A DNA stretch of 64,000 nucleotides from Spirochaetota bacterium (lineage in GTDB: Bacteria; Spirochaetota; UBA4802; UBA5550): positions 1-64,000 of the forward strand of contig CAXXHB010000001.1 of the NCBI GenBank assembly GCA_963664815.2, written 5' to 3'. The translations under genes and the position numbers were made by a program. Under the pieces are notes generated by a model that worked only from the letters and a program-made list of their open reading frames with translations, made no database searches and was not told the origin of the DNA. This document shows positions 9,835 to 20,231 of the stretch, piece after piece; position 1 is the stretch's first letter, and the number at the start of each line of letters is the position of its first letter.

Positions 9835-12800
9835 ATGAAGATGCCGGGTTTGAAAATACTCCTTGTGGAGGATAATCCGGGCGATGCGCGTCTTATACTT
9901 GAGATGCTAAATGAATACGGCGGATGTTCATATAAAATAAAAACAGCCGGTGTTCTATCTGCAGCATTTGAAGAGCTTGAAAATCCGGAATTTGATATTA
10001 TTCTTCTCGATCTTAACCTGCCCGATTCGGCCGGTCTGAATACTCTGGAAAGAATAGTGCAGGAAACAGGGAAAGTTATTCCTGTAATAGTACTTACCGG
10101 ACTGAATGATGAGGATACCGGAATATCGGCAATTGAATACGGCGCCGCAGATTATCTGATTAAAGGTGAACTTAATCATTCCATGTTAATTAAATCGATA
10201 ATGTATTCAATTGGAAGAAAGAAATCAGAGCTGGAAATACGTGAGAGAGAGGAGAGATTCCGCAATCTTCACGAAAGCATGATAGACGCATTTGTACAGG
10301 TTGATATGAGGGGGAAGATAGTATCATGCAACAGCACGTATCTGAAAATGCTCGGATATTCCTTTGAAGAACTGGAGAGGCTGACATATATAGATCTGAC
10401 ACCGGAAAAATGGCGTGCCGGTGAAGCCGGAATTGTTGAAGACCAGATTTTAAAAAACGGATATTCGGAGATATATGAAAAGGAGTACCGGCGTAAAGAC
10501 GGAACCATTGTTCCGGTTGAACTGCGCACATCTCTGCTCAGAGATCCCGATGGCAGGTCAGTCGGCATGTGGGCCATTGTCCGTGATATTACCGACAGGA
10601 AAAAGGCTGAGGATTCTCTTAAAGAGAGCGAGGAGATATACAGGACATTCATAAATGCCTCTGAGGACATTGTTTTTCTTAAAGATGATCAGCTTCGTTA
10701 TATTTTAACAAATAAAAAAAATGCAGAGGTCATTGGAAAACCGGCCGAAGAAATTACAGGCCGGACAGATTTTGAACTTATGCCGCAGGAGACAGCCCTG
10801 CAATGTGCTGCAAGCGACAGGCTTGCTTTAATTAAAAACGGTCCCATTATAAGCGAAGAGACCCTTGACGGGAAAATATATGAAACACGCAAATTCCCTG
10901 TAAAACTCCGTGATAACAGAACGGGAGTCGGATGTTTTATCCGCGATGTAACTGATATCCGCTCAGCAGCTAAATCTATCGAAACAGCGGCACAGGAATG
11001 GCGTACATCATTTGACAGCATTGAAGAGGTTATATGGCTTCTTGATACTGACCTCAGAATATTGAGAGCAAATGTCTCCAGTGAAAAACTGTTCGGCTTA
11101 TCACCTGCTGAGCTTATTGGTAAACATTGCTGGAGCGCGGTTAATGGTGTTGGCGAGCCTGTTGAGAATCACCCTGCATCAAGGGTAAAACAATCTTTAA
11201 GTACCGAAACATCTGTAATGAAAATTAAAAATCTGTGGCTTAACATTACCGCAAGCCCTGTCATTGAAAATGGAGTTCTGAAGGGGATAGTTCATATAAT
11301 AAAGGATATTACCGAACAGAAGCTGAATGAAGATCTTCTTCTTCTCCGGAGCGCAGCAATTGAAAATGCCGCCAATGCTGTTGTTATTACTGATATAAAT
11401 GGTACAATTTTATGGGCAAATCCTGCTTTTGAAATACTGACATTGTATCCATTATCTGATGCCGTAGGGCATAATTCCCGGGATATCTTAAAATCAGGTT
11501 TTCACGACAGGGAATTCTATAAAGATATATGGGATACGGTTTTATCAGGGAGTATATGGAAAGGGGAGATCATCAATAAAAAGAGGGATGGAACATTCTA
11601 TACCGAAGAGATGACAATAGCCCCTGTTAAAAATACAGATGGAATAATTCAGAATTTCATTGCGATAAAACAGGATATAACCGAAAGAAAACTGGCCTTT
11701 GACCTGCTTAACTTACGTCTGGAACTGATTAACTACTCCGCGAATCATTCACCTGAAGAACTGCTGGTAAAAACACTGGATGAAGTTGAAAGAATTACCG
11801 GCAGCACAGTCAGTTTTTTCCATTTTCTGGAGGAGGATCAGGCAACCCTGTCGCTCCAGGCATGGTCAACGGCCACATCGCAAAGATTCTGCAGGGCAGA
11901 AGGGGGTGGAAGGCATTACAATGTCGCAGATGCAGGCGTCTGGGTCGATTGCATCAGGGAGAGAAAGCCTGTTGTGCATAACGACTATATGTCGCTCTCT
12001 CACAGAAGGGGGCTCCCTGAAGGGCATGCGGATGTGATAAGGGAGATGGTGATTCCGGTAAAAAGAAATAATATTATAAAGGCGATACTTGGAGTCGGAA
12101 ATAAAAGCAAAGACTATAATGAAAGAGACATCTCTGTGGTAATATATCTGGCGGATATTGTGTGGGGTATCATTGAAAAAAAAAGAGGAGATGAAAAGCT
12201 CAGAGAGTTTAATGCCGAGCTAGAGCTTAAGGTGGAGGAACGGACTTCGCAGCTTAACAAACTCAACAGGGAGCTTGAATCCTTCTCTTTCAGCGTCTCT
12301 CACGATTTAAGGGCGCCTGTCAGGCATATAATGGGATTTATTGATATGCTTAACAGAGAGAAGGGTAATTTAACAGGAGAGAAAGCTGAACATTATATCG
12401 ACGTTATTGATGATTCTGCCAGACGTATGAACCAGCTGATTGATGATCTCCTTTCCTACTCGCGTATGACACGAACCGCATTTTCGAGACAGAATATTAA
12501 CCTGGAACATCTTGTAAACGAGATATTGGTGGAGTATACATCCGAAATTGAACAGCGGAATATTTCTATTGCCATTAATCCTCTCCCTGAGGTGACAGGG
12601 GACAGGGCCATGATGCGTATAGTTTTTGTTAACCTTATTTCCAATGCTGTTAAATATACCGGTAAAACCGTTAATCCATCAATGGAGATAGGGTGTAAAT
12701 TAATTGATGATAAAAATACATTTTATGTAAAGGACAACGGTGTCGGCTTTGACATGAACTATGCAGGGAAGCTCTTTGGCGTATTCCAGCGGCTGCACAG

Positions 12801-12945
12801 CGATAAGGATTTCAGCGGAACAGGGATAGGCCTTGCGATGGTCAGGAGTATAATAGAGCGGCACAACGGCAGGGTATGGGCCGAAAGCGGGGAGGGTAAG
12901 GGGGCCTGCTTTTATTTTACCATACCTGTTGAGGAGAAAAAATGA
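9835..12945 (+). CDS. hybrid REC-multi-PAS-GAF histidine kinase
   Basis: N-terminal REC (LLDLNLPD), four PAS/PAC segments, GAF, SHDLRAP H-box, HATPase. Confidence 0.92.
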   Translation: MKMPGLKILLVEDNPGDARLILEMLNEYGGCSYKIKTAGVLSAAFEELENPEFDIILLDLNLPDSAGLNTLERIVQETGKVIPVIVLTGLNDEDTGISAIEYGAADYLIKGELNHSMLIKSIMYSIGRKKSELEIREREERFRNLHESMIDAFVQVDMRGKIVSCNSTYLKMLGYSFEELERLTYIDLTPEKWRAGEAGIVEDQILKNGYSEIYEKEYRRKDGTIVPVELRTSLLRDPDGRSVGMWAIVRDITDRKKAEDSLKESEEIYRTFINASEDIVFLKDDQLRYILTNKKNAEVIGKPAEEITGRTDFELMPQETALQCAASDRLALIKNGPIISEETLDGKIYETRKFPVKLRDNRTGVGCFIRDVTDIRSAAKSIETAAQEWRTSFDSIEEVIWLLDTDLRILRANVSSEKLFGLSPAELIGKHCWSAVNGVGEPVENHPASRVKQSLSTETSVMKIKNLWLNITASPVIENGVLKGIVHIIKDITEQKLNEDLLLLRSAAIENAANAVVITDINGTILWANPAFEILTLYPLSDAVGHNSRDILKSGFHDREFYKDIWDTVLSGSIWKGEIINKKRDGTFYTEEMTIAPVKNTDGIIQNFIAIKQDITERKLAFDLLNLRLELINYSANHSPEELLVKTLDEVERITGSTVSFFHFLEEDQATLSLQAWSTATSQRFCRAEGGGRHYNVADAGVWVDCIRERKPVVHNDYMSLSHRRGLPEGHADVIREMVIPVKRNNIIKAILGVGNKSKDYNERDISVVIYLADIVWGIIEKKRGDEKLREFNAELELKVEERTSQLNKLNRELESFSFSVSHDLRAPVRHIMGFIDMLNREKGNLTGEKAEHYIDVIDDSARRMNQLIDDLLSYSRMTRTAFSRQNINLEHLVNEILVEYTSEIEQRNISIAINPLPEVTGDRAMMRIVFVNLISNAVKYTGKTVNPSMEIGCKLIDDKNTFYVKDNGVGFDMNYAGKLFGVFQRLHSDKDFSGTGIGLAMVRSIIERHNGRVWAESGEGKGACFYFTIPVEEKK

Positions 12946-12987
12946 TTTGTCAGAGAATAAAGGATACAATGGCGGTTATAAAGTAAA

Positions 12988-15198
12988 ATGAATGGAAAAA
13001 ATACAAATAGCCGGATTGATTGGTTTAAACCGGGCCTTATGATTTTAATCACATCCGCAGTTTATCTGGCAGCGGCCAGATTATCGCTGCTGCTGGCTGT
13101 CGGGAACAGCAATGCATCACCTGTATGGCCCCCCTCCGGCATTGCGTTTGCAGTTATATTCCTGTGGGGTTACAGGATGAGCCCCGCAATCTTTACAGGG
13201 GCTTTTATCGCCAATATTCTTGCCCTTCAAAGTGCCGGTTTTGCACCGGCTTATTATATTATTCCATCTTTCTTTACGGCGGCGGGTAACATGCTCGAAA
13301 GCATCATCGGGACATATCTGATAAAACGGTTTTCCGGGACTGAAAATCCCTTTGATAATATTAAGGGCTTATTCGCTTTTATAATTTATGGCGGACTGTT
13401 CTGCACGTTGATAAGCGCTGCTGTCGGAGTCTGCAGTTATTGTTCAGCTGCCGGAAACTGGTCATCATTCAGAGAGCTCTGGCTGACCTGGTGGCTCGGT
13501 GACGCTGCGGGTATATTAATTGTCTCACCGATAATAATTATGATTAAAAAAAGGGTAACCGGAACTGTTCCGGGTTCAGGTTTATCCGAAGCTGCTGTTG
13601 TATTTTTTATATTAACAGCATCCTCCGTAATCGTATTCCGGAACAGCTATCAGCTGGCGTATGTTGTTATCCCTCCAATGCTGTGGATTGCCCTGCGCTT
13701 CGGAAGAGTATATTCCGCATGGGCAGTTTTGCTTGTTTCGGGAATTGCCATAATATCTGCAGTCAGGGGTGCCGGTTCAGCCGGCAATGACGTGTCATTG
13801 CTGCTTATTCAGACATATATAGGCATAATCTCAATCATCACCCTTTGCCTGTCAGTACTGTCGCATGAGAGGAGTGAATCGGACAGATCGCTGATCTCAA
13901 TTCAGAAACAGCTCAGGGAGAACCTTGAAGAAATTATCAGGGAAAGAAGCGCCGAACTTGTCCGTATTAATGAACGGCTTATAAGAAAAATTGAAGAGCA
14001 GGAGCATACCGAAAGGGCCCTGTCCTCAAGTGAAATAAAATACCGCGACCTTGTGGAAAGCGTCAACAGCATAATTTTACGCTGGCGGCCGGATGGGGCT
14101 ATTACTTTTTTTAATACATATGCCCGGAAATTTTTCAGATTCTCAGAACCGGACGTGACCGGGATGAATATTATCGGTACAATAGTGCCGGAAAAAGAAT
14201 CATCAGGGAGGGACCTGAAACAATTAATGGATGATATTGTGAGCAGTCCCGAAAAGTATCTGTTCAGTGAAAATGAAAACATCAGGCAGGACGGCGAAAG
14301 GGTCTGGATCTCCTGGACTAATAAACCTGTCTACGATGAATCAGGATCTGTAGCTGAAATACTCTCCGTGGGAAACGATATTACCGAACTGAAAAAAGCA
14401 GAGGAATTTCTGCAAAATACACTGAAAGAGCTCACTGTAGCAAAAGAGCATGCCGAAGCAGCCGACCAGCTCAAGTCCGCATTCCTTGCAACCATGTCCC
14501 ATGAGCTGCGCACGCCGCTGAATTCTATCATAGGTTTTACCGGAATAATACTCCAGGGTCTTGCCGGACCTTTATCAGAGGAGCAGAAGAAGCAGATGAG
14601 CATGGTGCAGAACAGTGCAACGCATCTTTTGTCGCTCATCAATGATGTTCTTGATATATCGAAAATTGAAGCAGGGCAGTTTGAAGTATACGCCGAACCT
14701 TTCGATCTGAGAAGCGTTATTGAAAAAACTGCGGCTGCTTTGAAACCGGCAGCCGTTAAAAAGGGGATCGATCTGATTATAAATGTATCTGATGATGTAG
14801 GAGAGATAGTGAGCGATAAAAGGCGGGTTGATCAGGTTTTATTAAATCTGATTCAAAATGCAGTCAAGTTTACCGACAGGGGGAATGTTACCCTTTCAGT
14901 TGATGTGATTCAGGACTATGCGCCCTCCGGCGCAGACAAAAAATCAGAACCGGTACCTGCAGTGCAATTCAGAGTTTCAGACACAGGTATAGGAATACAG
15001 CCCTATGACCTAAGCAGACTGTTTCAGCCGTTCCGCCAGGTTGACACCGGAATTGCCAGAAAGAATGAGGGAACGGGGCTGGGCCTTGCGATATGCCGCA
15101 GGCTGGCCGGACTTATGGGGGGTGAAGTGACCGCCGAAAGCGAGTGGGGGCGCGGCAGTATTTTTACGTTTACTATTCCTGTAGAGAAAAGGATATAA
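12988..15198 (+). CDS. MASE1-PAS sensor histidine kinase
   Basis: SPVWPPSG and WWLGDAAG MASE1 motifs; MSHELRTPLNSI. Confidence 0.92.
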   Translation: MNGKNTNSRIDWFKPGLMILITSAVYLAAARLSLLLAVGNSNASPVWPPSGIAFAVIFLWGYRMSPAIFTGAFIANILALQSAGFAPAYYIIPSFFTAAGNMLESIIGTYLIKRFSGTENPFDNIKGLFAFIIYGGLFCTLISAAVGVCSYCSAAGNWSSFRELWLTWWLGDAAGILIVSPIIIMIKKRVTGTVPGSGLSEAAVVFFILTASSVIVFRNSYQLAYVVIPPMLWIALRFGRVYSAWAVLLVSGIAIISAVRGAGSAGNDVSLLLIQTYIGIISIITLCLSVLSHERSESDRSLISIQKQLRENLEEIIRERSAELVRINERLIRKIEEQEHTERALSSSEIKYRDLVESVNSIILRWRPDGAITFFNTYARKFFRFSEPDVTGMNIIGTIVPEKESSGRDLKQLMDDIVSSPEKYLFSENENIRQDGERVWISWTNKPVYDESGSVAEILSVGNDITELKKAEEFLQNTLKELTVAKEHAEAADQLKSAFLATMSHELRTPLNSIIGFTGIILQGLAGPLSEEQKKQMSMVQNSATHLLSLINDVLDISKIEAGQFEVYAEPFDLRSVIEKTAAALKPAAVKKGIDLIINVSDDVGEIVSDKRRVDQVLLNLIQNAVKFTDRGNVTLSVDVIQDYAPSGADKKSEPVPAVQFRVSDTGIGIQPYDLSRLFQPFRQVDTGIARKNEGTGLGLAICRRLAGLMGGEVTAESEWGRGSIFTFTIPVEKRI

Positions 15199-15199
15199 T

Positions 15200-16933
15200 A
15201 TGACCATTAATAGTATTCCGGTTTTTGTTAAAAGGCTCCGGTCAGCCTGTTTGGCCATGATTCCGCTGCTTTTTTTATGCAGTGAAGCTGCAGCTGATGT
15301 AAACAGCGGCAGGATTATACGGGTCGGAGTTTATGAAAATGAACCGAAAATATTTACATCGCAGGATCATAAACCATCGGGGATCTTTATTGATATTATA
15401 GAATTTATCGCAAAAAACGAGGGATGGGGACTGCAGTATGTATCGGGTACATGGGCCCAGGGGCTGCAGCGTCTTGAAAATGGTGAAATTGATCTGATGC
15501 CTGACATGGCCTATACTCCCGAACGCGGCAGAAAGTTCTCCTTTCATAAAGTACCTGTTCTGCTGTCCTGGTCGCAGATATATTGCGGCAGGGGGAGTAA
15601 GATAAAGTCGATAATGGATCTGGATAAAAAGCGGGTTGCAGTACTGGAAGGATCAATACAGCAGAAATCCTTCACCAGCCTCGCAGGGGGTTTCGGTCTG
15701 GATGTTACCCTGGTTGCCGTACGGGATTACGGCACCATGTTTGATATTCTCGGCAGAGGTGAAACAGATGCCGGCATTACCAATCGTTTTTACGGCCTGG
15801 TTCATGCAAAAAGAACGGGGATTGAGGATACCGGGATAATTTTTGATCCTGTGGATATTTTCTTTGCCGCACCTGTGAATGATCCTCTGCAGCTGATGAA
15901 CACCATTGACAGCTATCTTATAAAGATAAAAAAAGATACTCAATCGGTATATTTTGAATCATTGAAACGATGGACATCGGAGGATGTTACATTCAAAATC
16001 CCGGTCTGGCTGAAAATCCTTGGTATTGTAATGGGTGCAGTTATACTGACAAGTATAACTGGAAGCGTGATTTTAAAACACGAGGTAAACAGGCAGACTC
16101 TGGAGCTGAAGCAGATCAACCAGGGGATGGAGCAGCGCATAGCCCAGCGTACTGCTGAACTGGCCATAGCGAAAGATCGCGCTGAAGCGTCAGACCGGAT
16201 CAAGTCGGCATTTCTGGCTACAATGTCCCATGAGCTGAGGACGCCGCTTAATTCAATTATCGGTTTTACCGGTGTTATCCTTCAGGGGCTGCCCGGCCCC
16301 CTTAATGACGAACAGAAAAAGCAGCTTGGGATGGTCAGGGGTAGTGCGCAGCATCTTCTGTCCCTGATCAATGATGTGCTGGATATCTCTAAAATTGAGG
16401 CCGGCCAGTTTGAGATGCGTGCTGAGAAATTCAGCCTGCGGGATATAATAGAAAAAGCCGTTGCAGCAATAAAACCGGCTGCGGAGAAAAAAGGGATTAA
16501 ACTCGATATGAAACTGGAAGATGAAACAGGGGAGGCCTTCAGCGACAGTCAGCGTGTGGAACAGGTGCTTTTAAATCTGCTCAGCAACGCAATCAAATTT
16601 ACCGACCGCGGATCGGTATCTGTAACAGCGGAGAATATACCTGAATATATCCACGGCAGTGCGGGGATGGTTTCCAAACCGTTAAATGCCGTCAGAATCG
16701 ATGTAACAGACACCGGAATAGGAATATCTGAAGAGCATATGAAGGATATTTTTCAGCCTTTTCATCAGGTAGATACGGGACTTTCGCGAAAAAACGAGGG
16801 AACAGGGCTTGGACTTGCCATATCCAGGAAACTGGCAGAGCTTATGGGTGGTGAAATAACAGCTGAGAGCAAACCGGGATGCGGCAGTGTCTTTACTTTT
16901 ACAATACCTCTGAATATAAAGGAGCTGTCATGA
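15200..16933 (+). CDS. histidine kinase with periplasmic substrate-binding (PBPb) sensor
   Basis: RVGVYENEP...GIFIDII..., one TM, MSHELRTPLNSI. Confidence 0.92.
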   Translation: MTINSIPVFVKRLRSACLAMIPLLFLCSEAAADVNSGRIIRVGVYENEPKIFTSQDHKPSGIFIDIIEFIAKNEGWGLQYVSGTWAQGLQRLENGEIDLMPDMAYTPERGRKFSFHKVPVLLSWSQIYCGRGSKIKSIMDLDKKRVAVLEGSIQQKSFTSLAGGFGLDVTLVAVRDYGTMFDILGRGETDAGITNRFYGLVHAKRTGIEDTGIIFDPVDIFFAAPVNDPLQLMNTIDSYLIKIKKDTQSVYFESLKRWTSEDVTFKIPVWLKILGIVMGAVILTSITGSVILKHEVNRQTLELKQINQGMEQRIAQRTAELAIAKDRAEASDRIKSAFLATMSHELRTPLNSIIGFTGVILQGLPGPLNDEQKKQLGMVRGSAQHLLSLINDVLDISKIEAGQFEMRAEKFSLRDIIEKAVAAIKPAAEKKGIKLDMKLEDETGEAFSDSQRVEQVLLNLLSNAIKFTDRGSVSVTAENIPEYIHGSAGMVSKPLNAVRIDVTDTGIGISEEHMKDIFQPFHQVDTGLSRKNEGTGLGLAISRKLAELMGGEITAESKPGCGSVFTFTIPLNIKELS

Positions 16934-17313
16934 AAAAAACAATACTTCTTATCGAAGATAATGAGCAGAATCAGTATCTGGAAACCTTTCTTATGGAATC
17001 GCGGGGGTTTACAGTCGAAATCGCCCCTGACGGGCCAATTGGCATAAAAATGGCCTCAGAAAAAAAATTCGATCTGATACTGCTTGATATACAACTCCCT
17101 ACAATGGATGGTTATGCCGTTGCAAAGGCATTACGTGAAAACTCTGAAACCAGGAAGATCCCTATTGTAGCGGTAACATCCTATGCCATGACCGGGGACC
17201 GTGAAAAGGCCATTGCTTCGGGATGTGACGGGTATCTTGAGAAACCGATAAATCCTGATACATTCGTATCTGAAGTGGAACGTTTTCTGATCAGATCGGA
17301 AACCGGAGGTTAA
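16930..17313 (+). CDS. single-domain response regulator (DivK-like)
   Basis: LIEDN, LLDIQLPTMDG, AVTSYAMTGDRE, EKP; ATGA overlap with the upstream gene. Confidence 0.92.
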   Translation: MKKTILLIEDNEQNQYLETFLMESRGFTVEIAPDGPIGIKMASEKKFDLILLDIQLPTMDGYAVAKALRENSETRKIPIVAVTSYAMTGDREKAIASGCDGYLEKPINPDTFVSEVERFLIRSETGG

Positions 17314-17315
17314 TA

Positions 17316-20228
17316 ATGAAACGGATACTCATTGTTGACGATATAGAAGAGAACCTTTATCTCCTGCGGGTGCTTCTGGAAGGGCATAATTATGCAGTAG
17401 ATGAAGCCAGGAACGGAGGGGAGGCAATTGCTAATGCACAGAAAGCATTGCCCGATCTGATTATTTCTGACATTCTGATGCCTGTGATAGACGGTTTTAC
17501 CCTGTGCAGAATCTGGAAGGCTGACGGACGATTTTCGCGTATTCCCTTTATTTTTTATACTGCAACGTATACTGATCCCCGTGACGAACAGCTGGCACTG
17601 GACATCGGGGCGGATGCATTCATTGTCAAACCGACAGAACCGGATGAATTTATGCGACGGGTGGAGAATATACTTGAACTTGAAAGTGAAGGGAAACTAC
17701 CCCCACCACAAAAGCCGAAAACCGGGAATGAAACAATACTTAAAAATTACAATGAGGCGCTTATCCGGAAGCTCGAGCATAAGATGCTTGAACTTGAAAA
17801 GCTGAATAAGGAGCTTGAAAACGAAATTTCAGAAAAAAATAAAATTGAATCCACTCTCAGGGAAAGCGAGGAACTCTTCAGTAGCATCTTTCATCAGCAC
17901 AAAGCGGTTAAGTTGATTATTGACCCGGATACCGGGAGCATCATTGATGCGAATGATGCCGCAGTAAAATTTTACGGATGGACTCGCGATCAGCTGCTTA
18001 AGATGAAGATACATGAAATCAATATACTTCCGGAGGCAGAGGTAAATGCTGCGATGGAATCAGTCAGTGAACAGAAACGGATGCATTTTGAATTCTGCCA
18101 CAGAAGATCGGACGGTTCATTATGTGATGTTGAGGTCTTCAGCAGCAGAATTCAGATATGCGGCAGAGTTCTGCTGCATTCAATTATACATGACATCACA
18201 GACCGCAAAATTGCGGAGACCTCGCTTCACAGAAGCGAGGAGAGGTTCCGCAAGCTTCACGAGAGCATGATTGATGCCTTTGTACAGATTGATATGAGCG
18301 GAAAAATCACAGCGTTCAATAACGCGTATCTCGAAATGCTCGGATATTCCGCAGAGGAGATACTCGGGCTTGTCTATACAGACCTTACACCGGAAACATG
18401 GCATACCTTTGAAGCGGATATCATAAAGAATCAGATACTGCCAAGAGGATTCTCTGATATTTATGAAAAGGAATACCGCCGTAAAGATGGGACTATCTTC
18501 CCTGTAGAACTGCGCACATCACTTTTAAACGATGACAGCGGTAAACCTACAGGGATGTGGGCTATAGTCCGGGATATTACGCGGCGTAAAAAGGATGAAA
18601 ACGAATTATTGCTTCGCAGCACAGCCATGGAAAATGCCGCCAATGCTATTATGATAACCGATAAAGATGCAATAATCCAGTATGTTAATCCTGCTTTTGA
18701 AATACTTACAGGATACATGTCATCAGAGGCAGTGGGGAATAACCCGTGGAAAATGATAAAATCCGGGCAGCATGACAAATCTTTTTACAGAGAGCTTCTT
18801 TCTGCAGTTACCTCCGGCAGGGCATGGTCCGGAGAGATGGTAAATAAAAGAAAAGACGGTTCGATATATACTGAAGATATGACAATAGCCCCTGTTAAAA
18901 ATGCAGCGGGAGAGATTCAGAACTATGTTGCCGTAATGCAGAATATTACCGAGAAAAAATTTGCCTCCGACCTTCTTAAAACAAGGCTGGATCTGATAAA
19001 TTTTTCGGATAATCATTCGCTTGAAGAACTAATGACCAGGGCGCTTGATGAAGCGGAAAAATTCACGGAGAGCTCAATCAGTTTTTTTCATTTTCTTGAT
19101 GATGACCAGAAAACACTATGTCTCCAGGCATGGTCAACAGGAACCCTGCGTGACTACTGCAAAGCCGCGGGGAAGGGATCCCATCTTGATACAGCAAAGG
19201 CCGGAGTCTGGGCTGACTGTGTCCGGGCAGGAAAAACCGTTGTCCATAATGATTATATGCATCTGCCCGGCCGTAATAGCCTGCCGGAGGGACATGCCCC
19301 GGTTCTGAGAGAGCTGGTAACACCGGTTTTCAGAAACGGCATTATAAAGGGGATACTCGGCCTCGGCAATAAAACAACCGGGTATAATGAAAGGGATAAG
19401 TCGGTTTCATCCTACATAGGTGATATCTTATGGGATATAATTGAAAGGAAAAGATCAGAAGAAAATCTTAAACTGCTTAATACAGAACTTGAAGAGAAAG
19501 TTGCATCACGTACCGCCGCCCTGGAGAATGCCAATAAAGAACTGGAATCATTTTCCTACAGCGTTTCACACGATCTCAGAGCCCCTCTGCGCCATATTTC
19601 CGGATTTCTTGAATTGCTGAAAAAAGAGACTGAAAGTTCAGCCAGTGAAAAAACAAGACATTATATCGATGTTATCTCAAACTCTGCCGGACGGATGGAG
19701 CTTCTTATAAAAGATCTTCTTTCGTTTTCTCAGATGAAACGGACTTTATTCTCAAGCCAGAGAGTGAATATGGATGAGCTTTTATCGGATGTTCTCGATG
19801 AATTTTCAGAAGAGATGAAAAAACATAATACAAATGTTTTAAAACATAAACTTCCCCACATACAGGGGGATAAAGCCATGCTGCGGGTAGTTCTTGTAAA
19901 TCTTATATCCAACGCGGTGAAGTTTTCTTCGAAATCTCCGGACCCTCTGATAGAAACAGGATGCGGTACTGCTGAAGGGGAAAATGTATTCTATATCCGG
20001 GACAATGGCGCCGGTTTTGATATGAAACATTCAGATAAGCTTTTCTCTGTATTTAAGAGACTTCATAATGAACGTGACTATGAGGGTACGGGGATAGGGC
20101 TTGCGATGGTCAGGAGTATAATAGAACGGCACGACGGCAGGGTATGGGCTGAAAGCGGGGAGGGGAAGGGGGCCTGCTTTTATTTTACCATACCTGACAG
20201 TAACAAACAATTTGATAAAATGGTATAG
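17316..20228 (+). CDS. hybrid REC-PAS-GAF histidine kinase, paralogue of 9835-12945
   Basis: REC (ISDILMP), three PAS, GAF, SHDLRAP, HATPase. Confidence 0.92.
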   Translation: MKRILIVDDIEENLYLLRVLLEGHNYAVDEARNGGEAIANAQKALPDLIISDILMPVIDGFTLCRIWKADGRFSRIPFIFYTATYTDPRDEQLALDIGADAFIVKPTEPDEFMRRVENILELESEGKLPPPQKPKTGNETILKNYNEALIRKLEHKMLELEKLNKELENEISEKNKIESTLRESEELFSSIFHQHKAVKLIIDPDTGSIIDANDAAVKFYGWTRDQLLKMKIHEINILPEAEVNAAMESVSEQKRMHFEFCHRRSDGSLCDVEVFSSRIQICGRVLLHSIIHDITDRKIAETSLHRSEERFRKLHESMIDAFVQIDMSGKITAFNNAYLEMLGYSAEEILGLVYTDLTPETWHTFEADIIKNQILPRGFSDIYEKEYRRKDGTIFPVELRTSLLNDDSGKPTGMWAIVRDITRRKKDENELLLRSTAMENAANAIMITDKDAIIQYVNPAFEILTGYMSSEAVGNNPWKMIKSGQHDKSFYRELLSAVTSGRAWSGEMVNKRKDGSIYTEDMTIAPVKNAAGEIQNYVAVMQNITEKKFASDLLKTRLDLINFSDNHSLEELMTRALDEAEKFTESSISFFHFLDDDQKTLCLQAWSTGTLRDYCKAAGKGSHLDTAKAGVWADCVRAGKTVVHNDYMHLPGRNSLPEGHAPVLRELVTPVFRNGIIKGILGLGNKTTGYNERDKSVSSYIGDILWDIIERKRSEENLKLLNTELEEKVASRTAALENANKELESFSYSVSHDLRAPLRHISGFLELLKKETESSASEKTRHYIDVISNSAGRMELLIKDLLSFSQMKRTLFSSQRVNMDELLSDVLDEFSEEMKKHNTNVLKHKLPHIQGDKAMLRVVLVNLISNAVKFSSKSPDPLIETGCGTAEGENVFYIRDNGAGFDMKHSDKLFSVFKRLHNERDYEGTGIGLAMVRSIIERHDGRVWAESGEGKGACFYFTIPDSNKQFDKMV

Positions 20229-20231
20229 ATT

